Below the pieces are notes generated by a model. That model was given only the letters and a program-made list of their open reading frames with translations. It was not told the DNA's origin and did not search any database. Shown here in pieces: positions 9,804 through 19,871 of a stretch of 40,795 nucleotides of DNA. A program made the translations under genes and the position numbers. The stretch lies in IMG/VR virus record IMGVR_UViG_3300023210_000076, positions 1-40,795 of that record, one strand, 5' to 3'. How positions within the stretch are numbered: position 1 is the stretch's first letter; every line of letters starts with the position of its first letter. The DNA is from a virus (taxonomy: Duplodnaviria; Caudoviricetes).

Positions 9804-12470
9804 TTATCTTATTCCTCTATTATATGATTGCTGTGCAGTAACTGAATCGGATAATGCTTTACCGTCCATATTAACTTGAGGTGCCGGCATTTGTTGTATC
9901 GCAGCTATAAATGCTTGAGTCATCTTATCATAATCAATACTTACTCCACCGCCACCTTTTGGCTCTGATCCGGGTACTTTTTCTGCCGGGGTAATTGTTT
10001 CGCCGGCATGTACTTTTGCAACTCCTGTATTTCCGACTGTTCCTCCGGTTGCATAACTAGCTCCTCTAGAGGCCATTCCTTCCATGGAATTATCTGGTGG
10101 CGCTGGTTCTGTTGATCCTTCTCCACTACCGCCGTTTAATCCCGGGATTAAAGATGTTCCAACGGCCATGGCCGCTCCACCTAATAGTCCTTTAACGCCT
10201 ACACTTTTAGCAAGGCCTCCCAATCCACTAGCAATACCTTTAATACCACCCTTAAGTCCGCCCATTATCCCTGATATCCCTCCTTTTAAGGAACCAAACA
10301 TCTTTTTTAGACTACCTTTTTTAAATAGACCAGTAAGACTACCTTTAATACCTTTTAGTTTATCTTTAAAGCTTGTAGCCGTTTTACCAGATTTGTCTAA
10401 CTCATCTTTCAATCCGGCGGCTTCATCTTTAGTTGCTTTAACTTCTTTTTTCAGGCCAAGCATGTTTTTAACAGCGGATGATATTTTTGTGACAATACCG
10501 CCGAATCCACCGGAGCCACCTGTTAATTTAGTCCAGATCCACATTGTAGCCATATACATCACAATACCTCTTAATAAAGTCGAGAATATTCCCATTCCAT
10601 TAAACAAGAATCCAAATATCTTTCCAATTACTTTAAGTGGAATAGCTACTAATTGAAGCAATGGCGCAAATGTTCCAAAAATACCACCAAGTGCTTCCGC
10701 AAGTGGCATTAATGCTGTTTTCAGTGATGTGATCAATTCTTGAAATGATGCAGTGGCTTTTTCTGCATTACGTTGCTTTACAATTTCAGCTTTAATTTGT
10801 TTCGCGCTCATACTAGCTAAATCAGCTGCTGATTTATTTAGGCCATTAGCGGCTGCCATTTCTTCCTCGGTTAATTTACCTCTATGCTTTTGGATTGATA
10901 GTCCTTTTGCAATTTCATCAACTTCCATTCCAGTTGCTTCTGCTAATTTCTTTTTTGCGTGCACGCCAAGCTTATTAAATTCTTCAATTGAACCTACTTG
11001 TTCTAATACTGAAGCAGTAGCCTCAACAATTTTTCCTTCCAATGCTAATTGACGAGCCTTATCTAAATTAATCTGTTTTCCGGTTAATGCTGAGAATTCA
11101 AATTGAGCTGTTAATGAAGTCTCTATATCTAATAACTTATCAGATACTTTAGCTGCTATTCCTAAATCAACGCCGAGCTTAGCCGCTTCAACAGCTGCCT
11201 TGCCGATTTCTTCTGCAGTGCCGCCCATATATACCTGCGCTGCTTTAGAATTTTTACTTATATCAGCCATAACCGCGCCAACATTGACGCCGGCTTTAAT
11301 AGCAGATGCTGCTATCTCATCTTGAGCATCTGCAGCGGATTGAGCAGTCTCGCCCATTGACATGAATGTTGATTGGAGGTCAGCTGCTACTTTATTACCA
11401 TATCCAAATGCCTTACCTGATTCAGCTACTTGCTGTGCTACACCAGTTGCTAATCGACCCATGGATCCCATTGAGGTCACCATTTCTTGCTGTACAGCTA
11501 GTATATCTTCTGATGTTGCTAATTGCCTAGCTAAAGGATTACCTACATAATGTTCTGTCTCGCGGATTAAATTTCTTGTCTCGGCTACTGTCATACCAGT
11601 TGATTCGGCCATTTCACGCTCTTTCTTCTCTGCTTTACTTAACATGGTAAATAAAAGTGCTCCGGCGGCTACAACTAATAATAATGGATTCACCATTAAT
11701 GCTGTATTAAATGCCTTTACTGCAGCTGTAAGTCCACCCATCCTAGTTCCGCCTTGAGCGATATGAGCATTCATAGCTACAAATCCGGCGTTTATACCTT
11801 TCTCTAATGATGCGGATACATTATCCAATCCTAAAGCTTTTGAGAGAAATCCACCGCCAGGTAGTTCATCGAACATGTCTGCAACTGAGTCGCCTAGTTT
11901 GTTTGCTGATTCATGTGCCTGGTCAAATGCACCTTTCATTTGCTCGTATTTAGCAGTACCTATTACTTTTGATTGTTGGTCTAGAGCACCGGATGTTGCT
12001 TGCAAGATAGTCAAGTTCTCTGATAACAACCTTCCTTCTAAGGTTCTACCATCAACACCTTCCTGTAATAATTTAATCTCGTCAATTTTTTCGTTAACTA
12101 GTTTTTTATTGATGTCTAGAGTATTAGCATCCATGGTAAACAAAGAACTTTTTGTGCCTAACACATCTTTAGCCATTGTACTAATAGATCCTTCAAGGTT
12201 TAGTATTTGCTTGTCTCTAGCTGCTTGTTTCTCTTTGTTTGCTAAAATCTTTTCTTCTAGTATTTCCCGGCCTTCAACTTCTTTATGGATTTTCTTCGCG
12301 GCTGTAATGGCAGTGTTCATCTGGGCAACAGATTTAATTTGGCCGTCTAGTACTTTTTGCTGTAGGTCTGCAGTCTGAGATATTGTCAGATTTAACTCTT
12401 CAGCCTTTGTCTGAATTGCCTCTGCTAACTTTGCTTGTTCAGCTGAAAATTGTTCTGGTTTCTTTGCCAT
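9804..12470 (-). CDS. Tail tape measure protein
   Basis: 888 aa Ala/Gly-rich helical protein with hydrophobic segments (NPLLLVVAAGALLF), C-terminal YATGGTV...AKVHAGETITP motif; downstream of tube and chaperone. Confidence 0.85.
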   Translation of the reverse strand: MAKKPEQFSAEQAKLAEAIQTKAEELNLTISQTADLQQKVLDGQIKSVAQMNTAITAAKKIHKEVEGREILEEKILANKEKQAARDKQILNLEGSISTMAKDVLGTKSSLFTMDANTLDINKKLVNEKIDEIKLLQEGVDGRTLEGRLLSENLTILQATSGALDQQSKVIGTAKYEQMKGAFDQAHESANKLGDSVADMFDELPGGGFLSKALGLDNVSASLEKGINAGFVAMNAHIAQGGTRMGGLTAAVKAFNTALMVNPLLLVVAAGALLFTMLSKAEKKEREMAESTGMTVAETRNLIRETEHYVGNPLARQLATSEDILAVQQEMVTSMGSMGRLATGVAQQVAESGKAFGYGNKVAADLQSTFMSMGETAQSAADAQDEIAASAIKAGVNVGAVMADISKNSKAAQVYMGGTAEEIGKAAVEAAKLGVDLGIAAKVSDKLLDIETSLTAQFEFSALTGKQINLDKARQLALEGKIVEATASVLEQVGSIEEFNKLGVHAKKKLAEATGMEVDEIAKGLSIQKHRGKLTEEEMAAANGLNKSAADLASMSAKQIKAEIVKQRNAEKATASFQELITSLKTALMPLAEALGGIFGTFAPLLQLVAIPLKVIGKIFGFLFNGMGIFSTLLRGIVMYMATMWIWTKLTGGSGGFGGIVTKISSAVKNMLGLKKEVKATKDEAAGLKDELDKSGKTATSFKDKLKGIKGSLTGLFKKGSLKKMFGSLKGGISGIMGGLKGGIKGIASGLGGLAKSVGVKGLLGGAAMAVGTSLIPGLNGGSGEGSTEPAPPDNSMEGMASRGASYATGGTVGNTGVAKVHAGETITPAEKVPGSEPKGGGGVSIDYDKMTQAFIAAIQQMPAPQVNMDGKALSDSVTAQQSYNRGIR

Positions 12471-12473
12471 ACT

Positions 12474-12749
12474 TTATCTCTTACGATTAGCCTTATCTAA
12501 TGCCTTTCGGGTTTTCGCTGCACGTTTCATCATATCTTCTATAGTTTCCATATGAGTATACATACTTGATAACGCGGCTTGGTATTCTGGAAAGTCTTTT
12601 TCTTCTTTCGCAGCCTTCTTCATTATTTTTTTAAACTTGCTACCGAACAGAAGTCGCATTAATGCATTACCGATTGATCTTTCATTAAGTTGCTTGTCTA
12701 GATTATTAATTTGGTGGAGTCGCTTATCCTCAAATTTATTTAGTTTCAT
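12474..12749 (-). CDS. Small basic helical hypothetical protein
   Basis: 91 aa ORF, upstream ATATTTAT motif (12768-12775) and AGGA; QLNE site after a 23-aa leader. Confidence 0.7.
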   Translation of the reverse strand: MKLNKFEDKRLHQINNLDKQLNERSIGNALMRLLFGSKFKKIMKKAAKEEKDFPEYQAALSSMYTHMETIEDMMKRAAKTRKALDKANRKR

Positions 12750-12783
12750 AGCCTATCCTATTTATTAATAAATATGACAAATG

Positions 12784-13008
12784 CTAGAATCTGGGTGGTC
12801 GTGCTCGTGATGAATTAGTGTTTTGTGCTTTATTTGCCTTTTCTTGGGCTTTGTTCTGATCTTCGTAAAATTTATTAATTTTGTGTATATAGTATGTACG
12901 CAAATACACTGGCATATCTAATACATCTTGATATGAAAATCCTTTACCATGAAAGACTAGATCAAATATTTGATCGTATACGATTACCTTATAACTTGCT
13001 GTCAGGCC
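12784..13008 (-). CDS. Frameshift extension of tail assembly chaperone (gpT/gp51-like domain)
   Basis: 74 codons GLTASY...GFSYQDVLDMPVYLRTYY...; no good start or SD of its own; begins exactly at the T7 run of the upstream gene. Confidence 0.7.
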   Translation of the reverse strand, partial: GLTASYKVIVYDQIFDLVFHGKGFSYQDVLDMPVYLRTYYIHKINKFYEDQNKAQEKANKAQNTNSSRARPPRF

Positions 13009-13858
13009 AAAAAAAGTCCAATCCGATGCTAACCGTACTACGAAAGGGCTCTCCATCCTCCTCATCGATACAATCAACTTCTAAATTTATATCTGGCGTT
13101 ACTTCACTTACCTTAGTTCTTATTGCACGTGCATCTATTGCAAATAATTCATTATCTACAAAATGACGAATAGTTTTTGTTTCTGCATCCCCATCTACTG
13201 ATGTTATTAGATGTTTTAACAAAGTGGTCATTTGAGCATCTTTCCTAAGCTTTGTCAATCCTTTAAGTTCTGAATCGATTTTTTTCTGAATTCCATGAGT
13301 TAATAATTGTACCGTAACCTGTCGTTTAGATGCAGGTAAATCAACTATAAACGTACCATCAGACTTTTCTAACGCTTTCCAATCTATTTCCTTGTCGCCT
13401 AATTTGGTCAAGTCAACCGTTATTTTTTGACTTTCTCCGGATGGGTTCATTACCTCGAGGTCATAATCTTTTCCATACCCTAATATTCTAGCTGCTATCA
13501 TTATTGCATTTTTATCGCCTAATAACAGGTCATGATAATCAATATTTGATACAATTAAAGCTTTGAATAATTTATCTAATACGATACCTTGTTTAATATA
13601 TGATTGGTTAGTTAAGATATCTTCTTCTCTAGCTGTCATATATTTCATCTCAATTTTACCTGTAGCTAATTCACTTCCCTTAGGATATAATATGCCGCGG
13701 CTTGGAAGTTCAATTACTTCTGTCGGAAATTTAGATTCTGGGGTGCTGTTAGTTTCTGTATTTGTCTGTGCATGCTTGGCGATTGCTAATGCCTTTAAGT
13801 CTGCATCGGAAACTGTTGTACTTTTTTTTGTTGGGTAATCATCGTTAACTGTTGCCAT
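12989..13858 (-). CDS. Tail/baseplate hub assembly chaperone (T4 gp26-like)
   Basis: FPTEVIELPSRG...MKYMTAREEDIL...DLLLGDKNAIMIAARILGYG...DFFWP; lies between tube and tape measure; SD TAAGGAG. Confidence 0.8.
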   Translation of the reverse strand: MATVNDDYPTKKSTTVSDADLKALAIAKHAQTNTETNSTPESKFPTEVIELPSRGILYPKGSELATGKIEMKYMTAREEDILTNQSYIKQGIVLDKLFKALIVSNIDYHDLLLGDKNAIMIAARILGYGKDYDLEVMNPSGESQKITVDLTKLGDKEIDWKALEKSDGTFIVDLPASKRQVTVQLLTHGIQKKIDSELKGLTKLRKDAQMTTLLKHLITSVDGDAETKTIRHFVDNELFAIDARAIRTKVSEVTPDINLEVDCIDEEDGEPFRSTVSIGLDFFWPDSKL

Positions 13859-13904
13859 TGTTCTCCTTATAACTTATTTCTTTTATATAAATATGCCGGA
13901 CAGT

Positions 13905-13929
13905 AAAAAGCCCCGCGTAAGCGAGGCTT
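13905..13929 (-). terminator. Rho-independent terminator after tail tube gene
   Basis: Minus strand AAGCCTCGC-TTAC-GCGGGGCTT-TTT. Confidence 0.85.
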
Positions 13930-13952
13930 AATTTAATATTTACAAATTTCAA

Positions 13953-14441
13953 TTAGAATTGAAGGATTGCATAATCATATTTCAACGTTAATTCAATATT
14001 AACTGGATCTTCTGTTGCCCAGTCCATATCTCCAAATGTTGCGGATGATATGAAAGCACCTTTCAATGTCCATTCTTCAACTTTATCTCCTACAGGTCCT
14101 AATGAATTAAATGTGATATCCTTTTTATAAAAATCGGAATAACCATCTCTACCTGTTACTGATTCATGGTGTAAACGTACCCATTCCATTACTGCCTGCG
14201 CTCCCGAAGGAACAACTGGATCATATAATGTTACTGTTACATCTTGCCATCTTGATTTGCCTTTCAACTTTCTTTCAACGTTGATGTGATCAAGAATGAC
14301 TTCACCCTGGTCGATTGACGGTCTCGAAGCAGCTTTAATAAGATATGAAGGGATACCTTCAATATACATGATAAACCTGTTTGCCATCTTCGGTTCATAC
14401 GCTGTATAAAATATCTCGGTTGGGTCTAATAATTCTGCCAT
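13953..14441 (-). CDS. gp19: Tail tube protein (T4 gp19-like)
   Basis: YEPKMANRF...WQDVTVTLYDP...QAVMEW...YKKDI...VEEWTLKGAF...LTLKYDY; downstream of sheath. Confidence 0.92.
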   Translation of the reverse strand: MAELLDPTEIFYTAYEPKMANRFIMYIEGIPSYLIKAASRPSIDQGEVILDHINVERKLKGKSRWQDVTVTLYDPVVPSGAQAVMEWVRLHHESVTGRDGYSDFYKKDITFNSLGPVGDKVEEWTLKGAFISSATFGDMDWATEDPVNIELTLKYDYAILQF

Positions 14442-14493
14442 CTAATTTCCTCTTTTAATTTTTTATCTATTTAATATAAATATGCTGTTCACC

Positions 14494-16239
14494 TTATTCT
14501 GGAAACGCTGCTCCGGTTGGTAATATGTTAAAGTCAATGATAATGAATTCAGCAGATTTAGCAGGTTGCAAATAAATTGCTCCTCTCATCTCATTTCTAT
14601 CCACTACATCCGGTGTATTATTTGTTTCATCCATTACTACCTTAAATGCATAAAGACCTTGTCTTTGCTGAACATTTTCAAAATATGGATTAACAATTGA
14701 TAAGAATCTATTTCTAGTTGATGCTGTATTGTTTTCAAATACCAAAAACTTAGTAGATGATGCAACAAATTTCTTAGCAGCAATTAATAGACGTCTTACA
14801 TTAACACGATCCAAAGCAGATGCTTTTTTCTGTAATGTTTTCTGACCCCATATACATACACCTGTATTAGGAAAAGTTGCAATTGGATTAACTGCCGCTT
14901 CATATAATGTATCTCTATTTGATTGAGTCAATTTTCTTTCTGTTTGTACAGCAATATCAATACCACCTCTATTTAAACCAGCTGGTGCATACCATGGTGC
15001 TGCCACTCTATCATTAAAGGCATATACACTAGGTATTAATGTAGATGCTGGAACCCAAACGTTTCTTCCTAGGTCAATATCTGGTATTTTTACCCATGGC
15101 CAATACTCAGCAGCATAATTTGTATCACGAGCATCTGCCTTACCGGCTGCTGTTGATAAAGTTGCTCCGTATTCAACCGGATCAATTAATAGGAATGCAT
15201 CTGATCTATTTTCAACCATATTCAATGCGGTAGTTAATACAACAGCATGATTTGAATAATTATCCATTAGTCCAGGTACTGATAATAAATTAATATCATA
15301 TTCATCTTGGTTACCTAATAAATAAATTGCATCTTGATAAGAAGTCTTTCCTTCTCCCGCAACTGCTAAATTAAATCCTTGAGTATTTGTATTGCTAATA
15401 TTTTCATTAAACTGAACTGGATGTTGTACCGCTCCATCAGAGCCATTTGCAAATGTTCCAGATACTGCAGCTGGTAATGATGATGATAAAGCATTATCAC
15501 GTATATTACCATTTACATCTAAATAATTATATGTTGTTCTATTAACAGCTACTCTTACATATTTTGATCTATTAACAAATGAACCAGATAATTGAAGGAA
15601 TGGATCTGCTGTTCCGGAATCTTTCAATGTATATGACTGATCGCCAATAACACGAGCAATATAATTATTTGAATTAGGATCTAATGTCAAATTATTGTAT
15701 TGTTCTACTATGGTTTTTCTTTTGCTGGTATCATCACCACGTCTAATTAACAATGTAAATGTACCTTTTGTATTACTTACATTTGATACTTCCCATCTCA
15801 AATTATTTACTGACCCGGATGCTAATGAATTATTTATTCCTTCTGGTCCTACACTGTTATTTTCATCACCATCAGATAATGTCGTCAATGTAAATGCATT
15901 GGTATCAACACCTGAGCATGTCACATCTGCATTTGCAGGTCCATATCCTCCTGCTAAAATTCTTATCACTGTTAATGTATCAGAATACTTTAAATATTCT
16001 TGAGCCATGTAATTTGTTAGGTACTTATACTTTTGCTCAGTTGCTCCAGAACCTGATGTAAATGCACCACCAAACGTTTGCAGATATTCAGAATAACTAG
16101 TAACAACAGTTGGTATTCCAGCCGCTCCTTTTTGAGTAGGACCGATAACCGCGGCACCTATTGCAGCAATTCCTGCAGGTAAAAACGATTGATCGACTTC
16201 ATTTGTAAATACGCCTGGTGAGACAATTCTTTCAGCCAT
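14494..16239 (-). CDS. gp18: Tail sheath protein (T4 gp18-like)
   Basis: SPGVFTNEVD N-terminus; YWPW, PWYAPAGLNRG, WGQKT, LDRVNVRRLL, FENN, DETNNTPDVVDRN, PAKSAEFI motifs. Confidence 0.95.
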   Translation of the reverse strand: MAERIVSPGVFTNEVDQSFLPAGIAAIGAAVIGPTQKGAAGIPTVVTSYSEYLQTFGGAFTSGSGATEQKYKYLTNYMAQEYLKYSDTLTVIRILAGGYGPANADVTCSGVDTNAFTLTTLSDGDENNSVGPEGINNSLASGSVNNLRWEVSNVSNTKGTFTLLIRRGDDTSKRKTIVEQYNNLTLDPNSNNYIARVIGDQSYTLKDSGTADPFLQLSGSFVNRSKYVRVAVNRTTYNYLDVNGNIRDNALSSSLPAAVSGTFANGSDGAVQHPVQFNENISNTNTQGFNLAVAGEGKTSYQDAIYLLGNQDEYDINLLSVPGLMDNYSNHAVVLTTALNMVENRSDAFLLIDPVEYGATLSTAAGKADARDTNYAAEYWPWVKIPDIDLGRNVWVPASTLIPSVYAFNDRVAAPWYAPAGLNRGGIDIAVQTERKLTQSNRDTLYEAAVNPIATFPNTGVCIWGQKTLQKKASALDRVNVRRLLIAAKKFVASSTKFLVFENNTASTRNRFLSIVNPYFENVQQRQGLYAFKVVMDETNNTPDVVDRNEMRGAIYLQPAKSAEFIIIDFNILPTGAAFPE

Positions 16240-16304
16240 TATTTTGCTCCTTATTAATAATTCTTAATTTCATATAAATATTGAATAATATCGTCAAACT
16301 ATCA

Positions 16305-16577
16305 TTAGGTTGCAACAAATTCGCCACTTTCAACATTTAATGTACCCGGGCCATAAGTTTCATTTAAAGATGATACCATTACACGTTCGTTCTCTTGTAA
16401 TTCTAGATATCTAGACTCTAATTGTTCTTTATGGGATTTGAGATCGATTAATCGCCTTTCAGATATCATAATTTCCATTTCGGTCTGCCCAAATTCGAAT
16501 ATTAAATCTGTACTCGAACTTCTTAATTGTTCGATCTTTTCCATTTCTTCTTTTGTAATAACTTTGTTTTCTGACAT
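16305..16577 (-). CDS. Small coiled-coil hypothetical protein
   Basis: 90 aa heptad-rich, C-terminal YGPGTLNVESGEF; ATATTTAT motif and AAGGA upstream. Confidence 0.7.
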   Translation of the reverse strand: MSENKVITKEEMEKIEQLRSSSTDLIFEFGQTEMEIMISERRLIDLKSHKEQLESRYLELQENERVMVSSLNETYGPGTLNVESGEFVAT

Positions 16578-16624
16578 AACTTTTTTCCTTTAAATTGTAT
16601 ATTAATAAATATGCAGTAACGTGG

Positions 16625-17446
16625 CTAACAATCCGGCGGCGGATCTGTTATATTTGCGTTAAAATTAGTGGTTCCATATTCATCGCCAAAAGTAACTTTC
16701 TTAACTGAAAATTGTTTTTGCAATCCGGATAATCGTAATTCATATGGCATTAACATTGAGCCTTTAACTGTCAATGGTAGTGTTGCTCTAACGATTCGAT
16801 CTTCTCCTATTGAGTTAATCGTTTCAAAACTATAATCAGATATAAAGGTTGGAAATTTCCAAGTTGTTCCCCAAGCAAATCCATTCAATGGCATTATCTG
16901 TTCTATTATAGAATTCATTTGATCTGTATATTCAGTCCATATTAATATATCATATGATACGTCTATAAACTCCGGTACCGGGGATATATAAAATTCTTGG
17001 CTAGGCTTCACTCCTTGGGTTACAGCGAATCTATTATATTGATTTTTCAGAGTAAATTTATTTCTATATAAATAATTATTACCCGATGGGTTTTGATTCA
17101 CTCCTAATGTTTTCAATGTATCACGATCTGTCATTGAATTACGTCGTATTGATAATGATGGCGTTAATGCTTTGCCGCGGTCATCAAACATATATCCACG
17201 TGATTGAAACTGTGCCCATTTTTCTCCATTTGCATAAAATACCGGGACGTCAATTGTTTTATTGTTTTCTATAATTTGGGGTTGTATTATTTCTTCGATA
17301 TATGACATTATTGCCGAATCAATATCAATTATTGTACATTTCGGTGTTTTTATTGCGTCGTTATCGCGACGAATCTGACCAGCATTATTTACTTTCGGAT
17401 TCTTTCCAAATGATGTATATGTCTTATTTAATTCTGGTTTGCTCAT
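16625..17446 (-). CDS. Tail terminator / sheath stabiliser (T4 gp15-like)
   Basis: VPVFYANGEKW, P.LSIRR, P...DVSYDILIWT...QMNSIIEQI; third gene of neck triad before sheath. Confidence 0.65.
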   Translation of the reverse strand: MSKPELNKTYTSFGKNPKVNNAGQIRRDNDAIKTPKCTIIDIDSAIMSYIEEIIQPQIIENNKTIDVPVFYANGEKWAQFQSRGYMFDDRGKALTPSLSIRRNSMTDRDTLKTLGVNQNPSGNNYLYRNKFTLKNQYNRFAVTQGVKPSQEFYISPVPEFIDVSYDILIWTEYTDQMNSIIEQIMPLNGFAWGTTWKFPTFISDYSFETINSIGEDRIVRATLPLTVKGSMLMPYELRLSGLQKQFSVKKVTFGDEYGTTNFNANITDPPPDC

Positions 17447-17979
17447 AAGTTTTTAGGTATATGGTTTGATCTATTAATTCCACTACGTAGTTCCTGTATA
17501 TTTAAACTCGATTTTCTTGTTACATGAGTCTCACATACTATAGATAAATTATATCCAAATTCTCCTCGCTCACCTAACGTAAAGCCTAAATCTAAGCTCG
17601 GATTTTTACCACCAAAGAATTCAGAAGATGACACATTATCTATTTCATGATACTCTCCATTGTATTGGATTATATCACCTACCTCCATTATAATATTTAT
17701 ATCTTTCAAGTCGTCTCTCAAAAAGCCGAAAGTTACGGTACGAGATACATCGCCGCCATAATCATCTAATAGACTAGATTTTGTATCTCGTAAAATCAAT
17801 GAATTTATTTTCATTGCTGCATAATAAACTTTATTATCAGATTCATCATAGATATTTCGTTTACTAGCTTCGAGGTCTAATTTATAGAATCCAACTTCTG
17901 TGTCAATGTACTTATTAATCAATTCACGATTAACAGATCTAATCAATGACGCGTCCCTTGCTGATCCAAATAAAGCCAT
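17443..17979 (-). CDS. Neck / head-closure protein (T4 gp14-like)
   Basis: NIYDE, EVGDIIQYNGEYHEIDNV beta-rich pattern; synteny after gp13-like gene. Confidence 0.65.
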   Translation of the reverse strand: MALFGSARDASLIRSVNRELINKYIDTEVGFYKLDLEASKRNIYDESDNKVYYAAMKINSLILRDTKSSLLDDYGGDVSRTVTFGFLRDDLKDINIIMEVGDIIQYNGEYHEIDNVSSSEFFGGKNPSLDLGFTLGERGEFGYNLSIVCETHVTRKSSLNIQELRSGINRSNHIPKNL

Positions 17980-17982
17980 TTG

Positions 17983-19146
17983 TTATCCTATATATATTTT
18001 CATTGGAATTTTACTGAACTGCGATAATAGCGAATCTGCTTCTGCTTGTTTTCTTTCCAATTGTGATTGCCTAGACATTGTATCCAGTATCTCTTTTAAC
18101 TCCGTTATAAGACTCTCTCTATCCGTCTGAGCCCCTGATATTAGGTCCGTTCCATTTAATGTTATTTCAGCATTAGGAATTGGTAATGATGAATATTTAC
18201 TACGAACCCAACCTAATGTTTCTTTTGTTAATGCTAAAGTATATCTACGAATCCAATCACGACCAACTGAATTGATTTTGCAATATTCTATATTTTGATA
18301 TGGTACATTTGAAAAGTCAGATATTGTCCCGGTTGCTCCTTTTAATGGATTGCTCCGATCGGCCTTTTTAATATAATCAAAATGTATTTTAGTAAACGAT
18401 TGACCATTGGGTATCGGAAAAACTCTTATTCTATCATTTGACATTTGAAATGAATATGCCGATCTCCGGACTGTATCATTTATCTCAATGGCCTGTAACC
18501 TTAACAAATCAGCAAATACAGGCATCATCATAAATGACACACCTGGTGAATAAGCACCAAAACCAAATGCATCTAACATATGCTGAGTTCCTATACCTGT
18601 TCCAATAAACGGGTCAAAGAAACGAGCCAACGCCGGAGGGGCTTCATGATATACTCTTTTAATTTCTATTGCATCTGTTCCGGCCGTTCCTGCTTCTAAT
18701 AATACAACTGTGGGGTCTGATAGGTCATATATTTGCTGGCCTGATGTCATTGCTATACTACCAGTATAATATGTTACATTTCCACCGGAACCGGCTTCCG
18801 TTCCATATTCTTCTGCTAGTTCGATTAATCCGCCCATGGATGGGGATACTTTTTGGCCCGATAAATTAGAGCCGGTTGCTGATCCATAAAGGTTCAACAT
18901 ATTATCTCTAATATTATATGTATTTACTTGTGCTCCGTATTCTGTAACCGCCTCTTCGAAACATGTAAAAAATTGAATGTCTTGTAATTCTATATCTGAT
19001 AATGGATGCCCTAATCTTTGAGCACACCAAACCGCTATACCATCCGCTTCAGATTGAAAAGTGGTATCATTATCGTAAAAGCCGAATGGAGTATCTCCAG
19101 GAAAGAAAGACGATGAACCCGGCCATATTGGAATGTTAACTGCCAT
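17983..19146 (-). CDS. gp13: Neck / head-tail adaptor protein (T4 gp13-like)
   Basis: RLGHPLSDIEL, WIRRYTLALTKETLGWVRSKY..LP...ITLNG, C-terminal PMKIYIG. Confidence 0.8.
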   Translation of the reverse strand: MAVNIPIWPGSSSFFPGDTPFGFYDNDTTFQSEADGIAVWCAQRLGHPLSDIELQDIQFFTCFEEAVTEYGAQVNTYNIRDNMLNLYGSATGSNLSGQKVSPSMGGLIELAEEYGTEAGSGGNVTYYTGSIAMTSGQQIYDLSDPTVVLLEAGTAGTDAIEIKRVYHEAPPALARFFDPFIGTGIGTQHMLDAFGFGAYSPGVSFMMMPVFADLLRLQAIEINDTVRRSAYSFQMSNDRIRVFPIPNGQSFTKIHFDYIKKADRSNPLKGATGTISDFSNVPYQNIEYCKINSVGRDWIRRYTLALTKETLGWVRSKYSSLPIPNAEITLNGTDLISGAQTDRESLITELKEILDTMSRQSQLERKQAEADSLLSQFSKIPMKIYIG

Positions 19147-19206
19147 ACTAGTTTCCTTTTATATAAATATGAAACTATTTACGAAATATCAACAGAAAGT
19201 ATTCTT

Positions 19207-19860
19207 TTACTTTATCAATACTTGATTTACACATCCTCCAAATAATAATTGTTTGGTAGTTACATCATATTCATTAGCTAAATTGTGTAACATAGCATCC
19301 TCACCATAACCATTAAACATATGTTCATATAATATAGCTCCTGGTTTCATTTCTCTGAGTATTTTTTTATACATCTCCTCTCTCTTTTCTTTATCTTTAA
19401 AGATGGTGTATATTAGTATTACATCATAAGCATCGTATGTTATATCCATACAATCTTTATGGTATAGGTTTAATGAATTACTCCAAAACATAGAAAGATG
19501 TTGTTCAAACTTGTCAATTAATTCTTTATCATACTCAACGCCATAATAGCCTACATGCTGTAAAGTGCCCCAATAAGATAAATTTAAGGCGAGATTATTA
19601 GATGCATTGAAGTCTTCATATATCTTCAATTGTTGAGATATGTTGTATAGAGTTGTTCCTAATCCAAACCCAACGTCACATATATTTAATGTTCCTTGTG
19701 GTTTTAGTAAATTGGAATTGAATAATGAGTCGATAAAACCCTCATACCTATCTTGTTGTCCTTCTACATAACCAAATTCATCCCCTGTTTTTATTTTAAT
19801 ATCTTTGTGGGGGTTTATTATATTGGCTATATTTTTGTAAGTTGTAACCTTTTCATTCAT
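19207..19860 (-). CDS. Class I SAM-dependent methyltransferase
   Basis: ICDVGFGLG (motif I), YYGVEYD (motif II), D...YDVILIY, MKPGAIL. Confidence 0.8.
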   Translation of the reverse strand: MNEKVTTYKNIANIINPHKDIKIKTGDEFGYVEGQQDRYEGFIDSLFNSNLLKPQGTLNICDVGFGLGTTLYNISQQLKIYEDFNASNNLALNLSYWGTLQHVGYYGVEYDKELIDKFEQHLSMFWSNSLNLYHKDCMDITYDAYDVILIYTIFKDKEKREEMYKKILREMKPGAILYEHMFNGYGEDAMLHNLANEYDVTTKQLLFGGCVNQVLIK

Positions 19861-19871
19861 GTATAACTTTT

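Noticed and set aside
13016-13077. N-terminal MIVSMRR... part of the 97-aa ORF as an independent gene start
   Set aside because: TTG start without SD inside the chaperone gene; better explained by frameshifting at the T7 run
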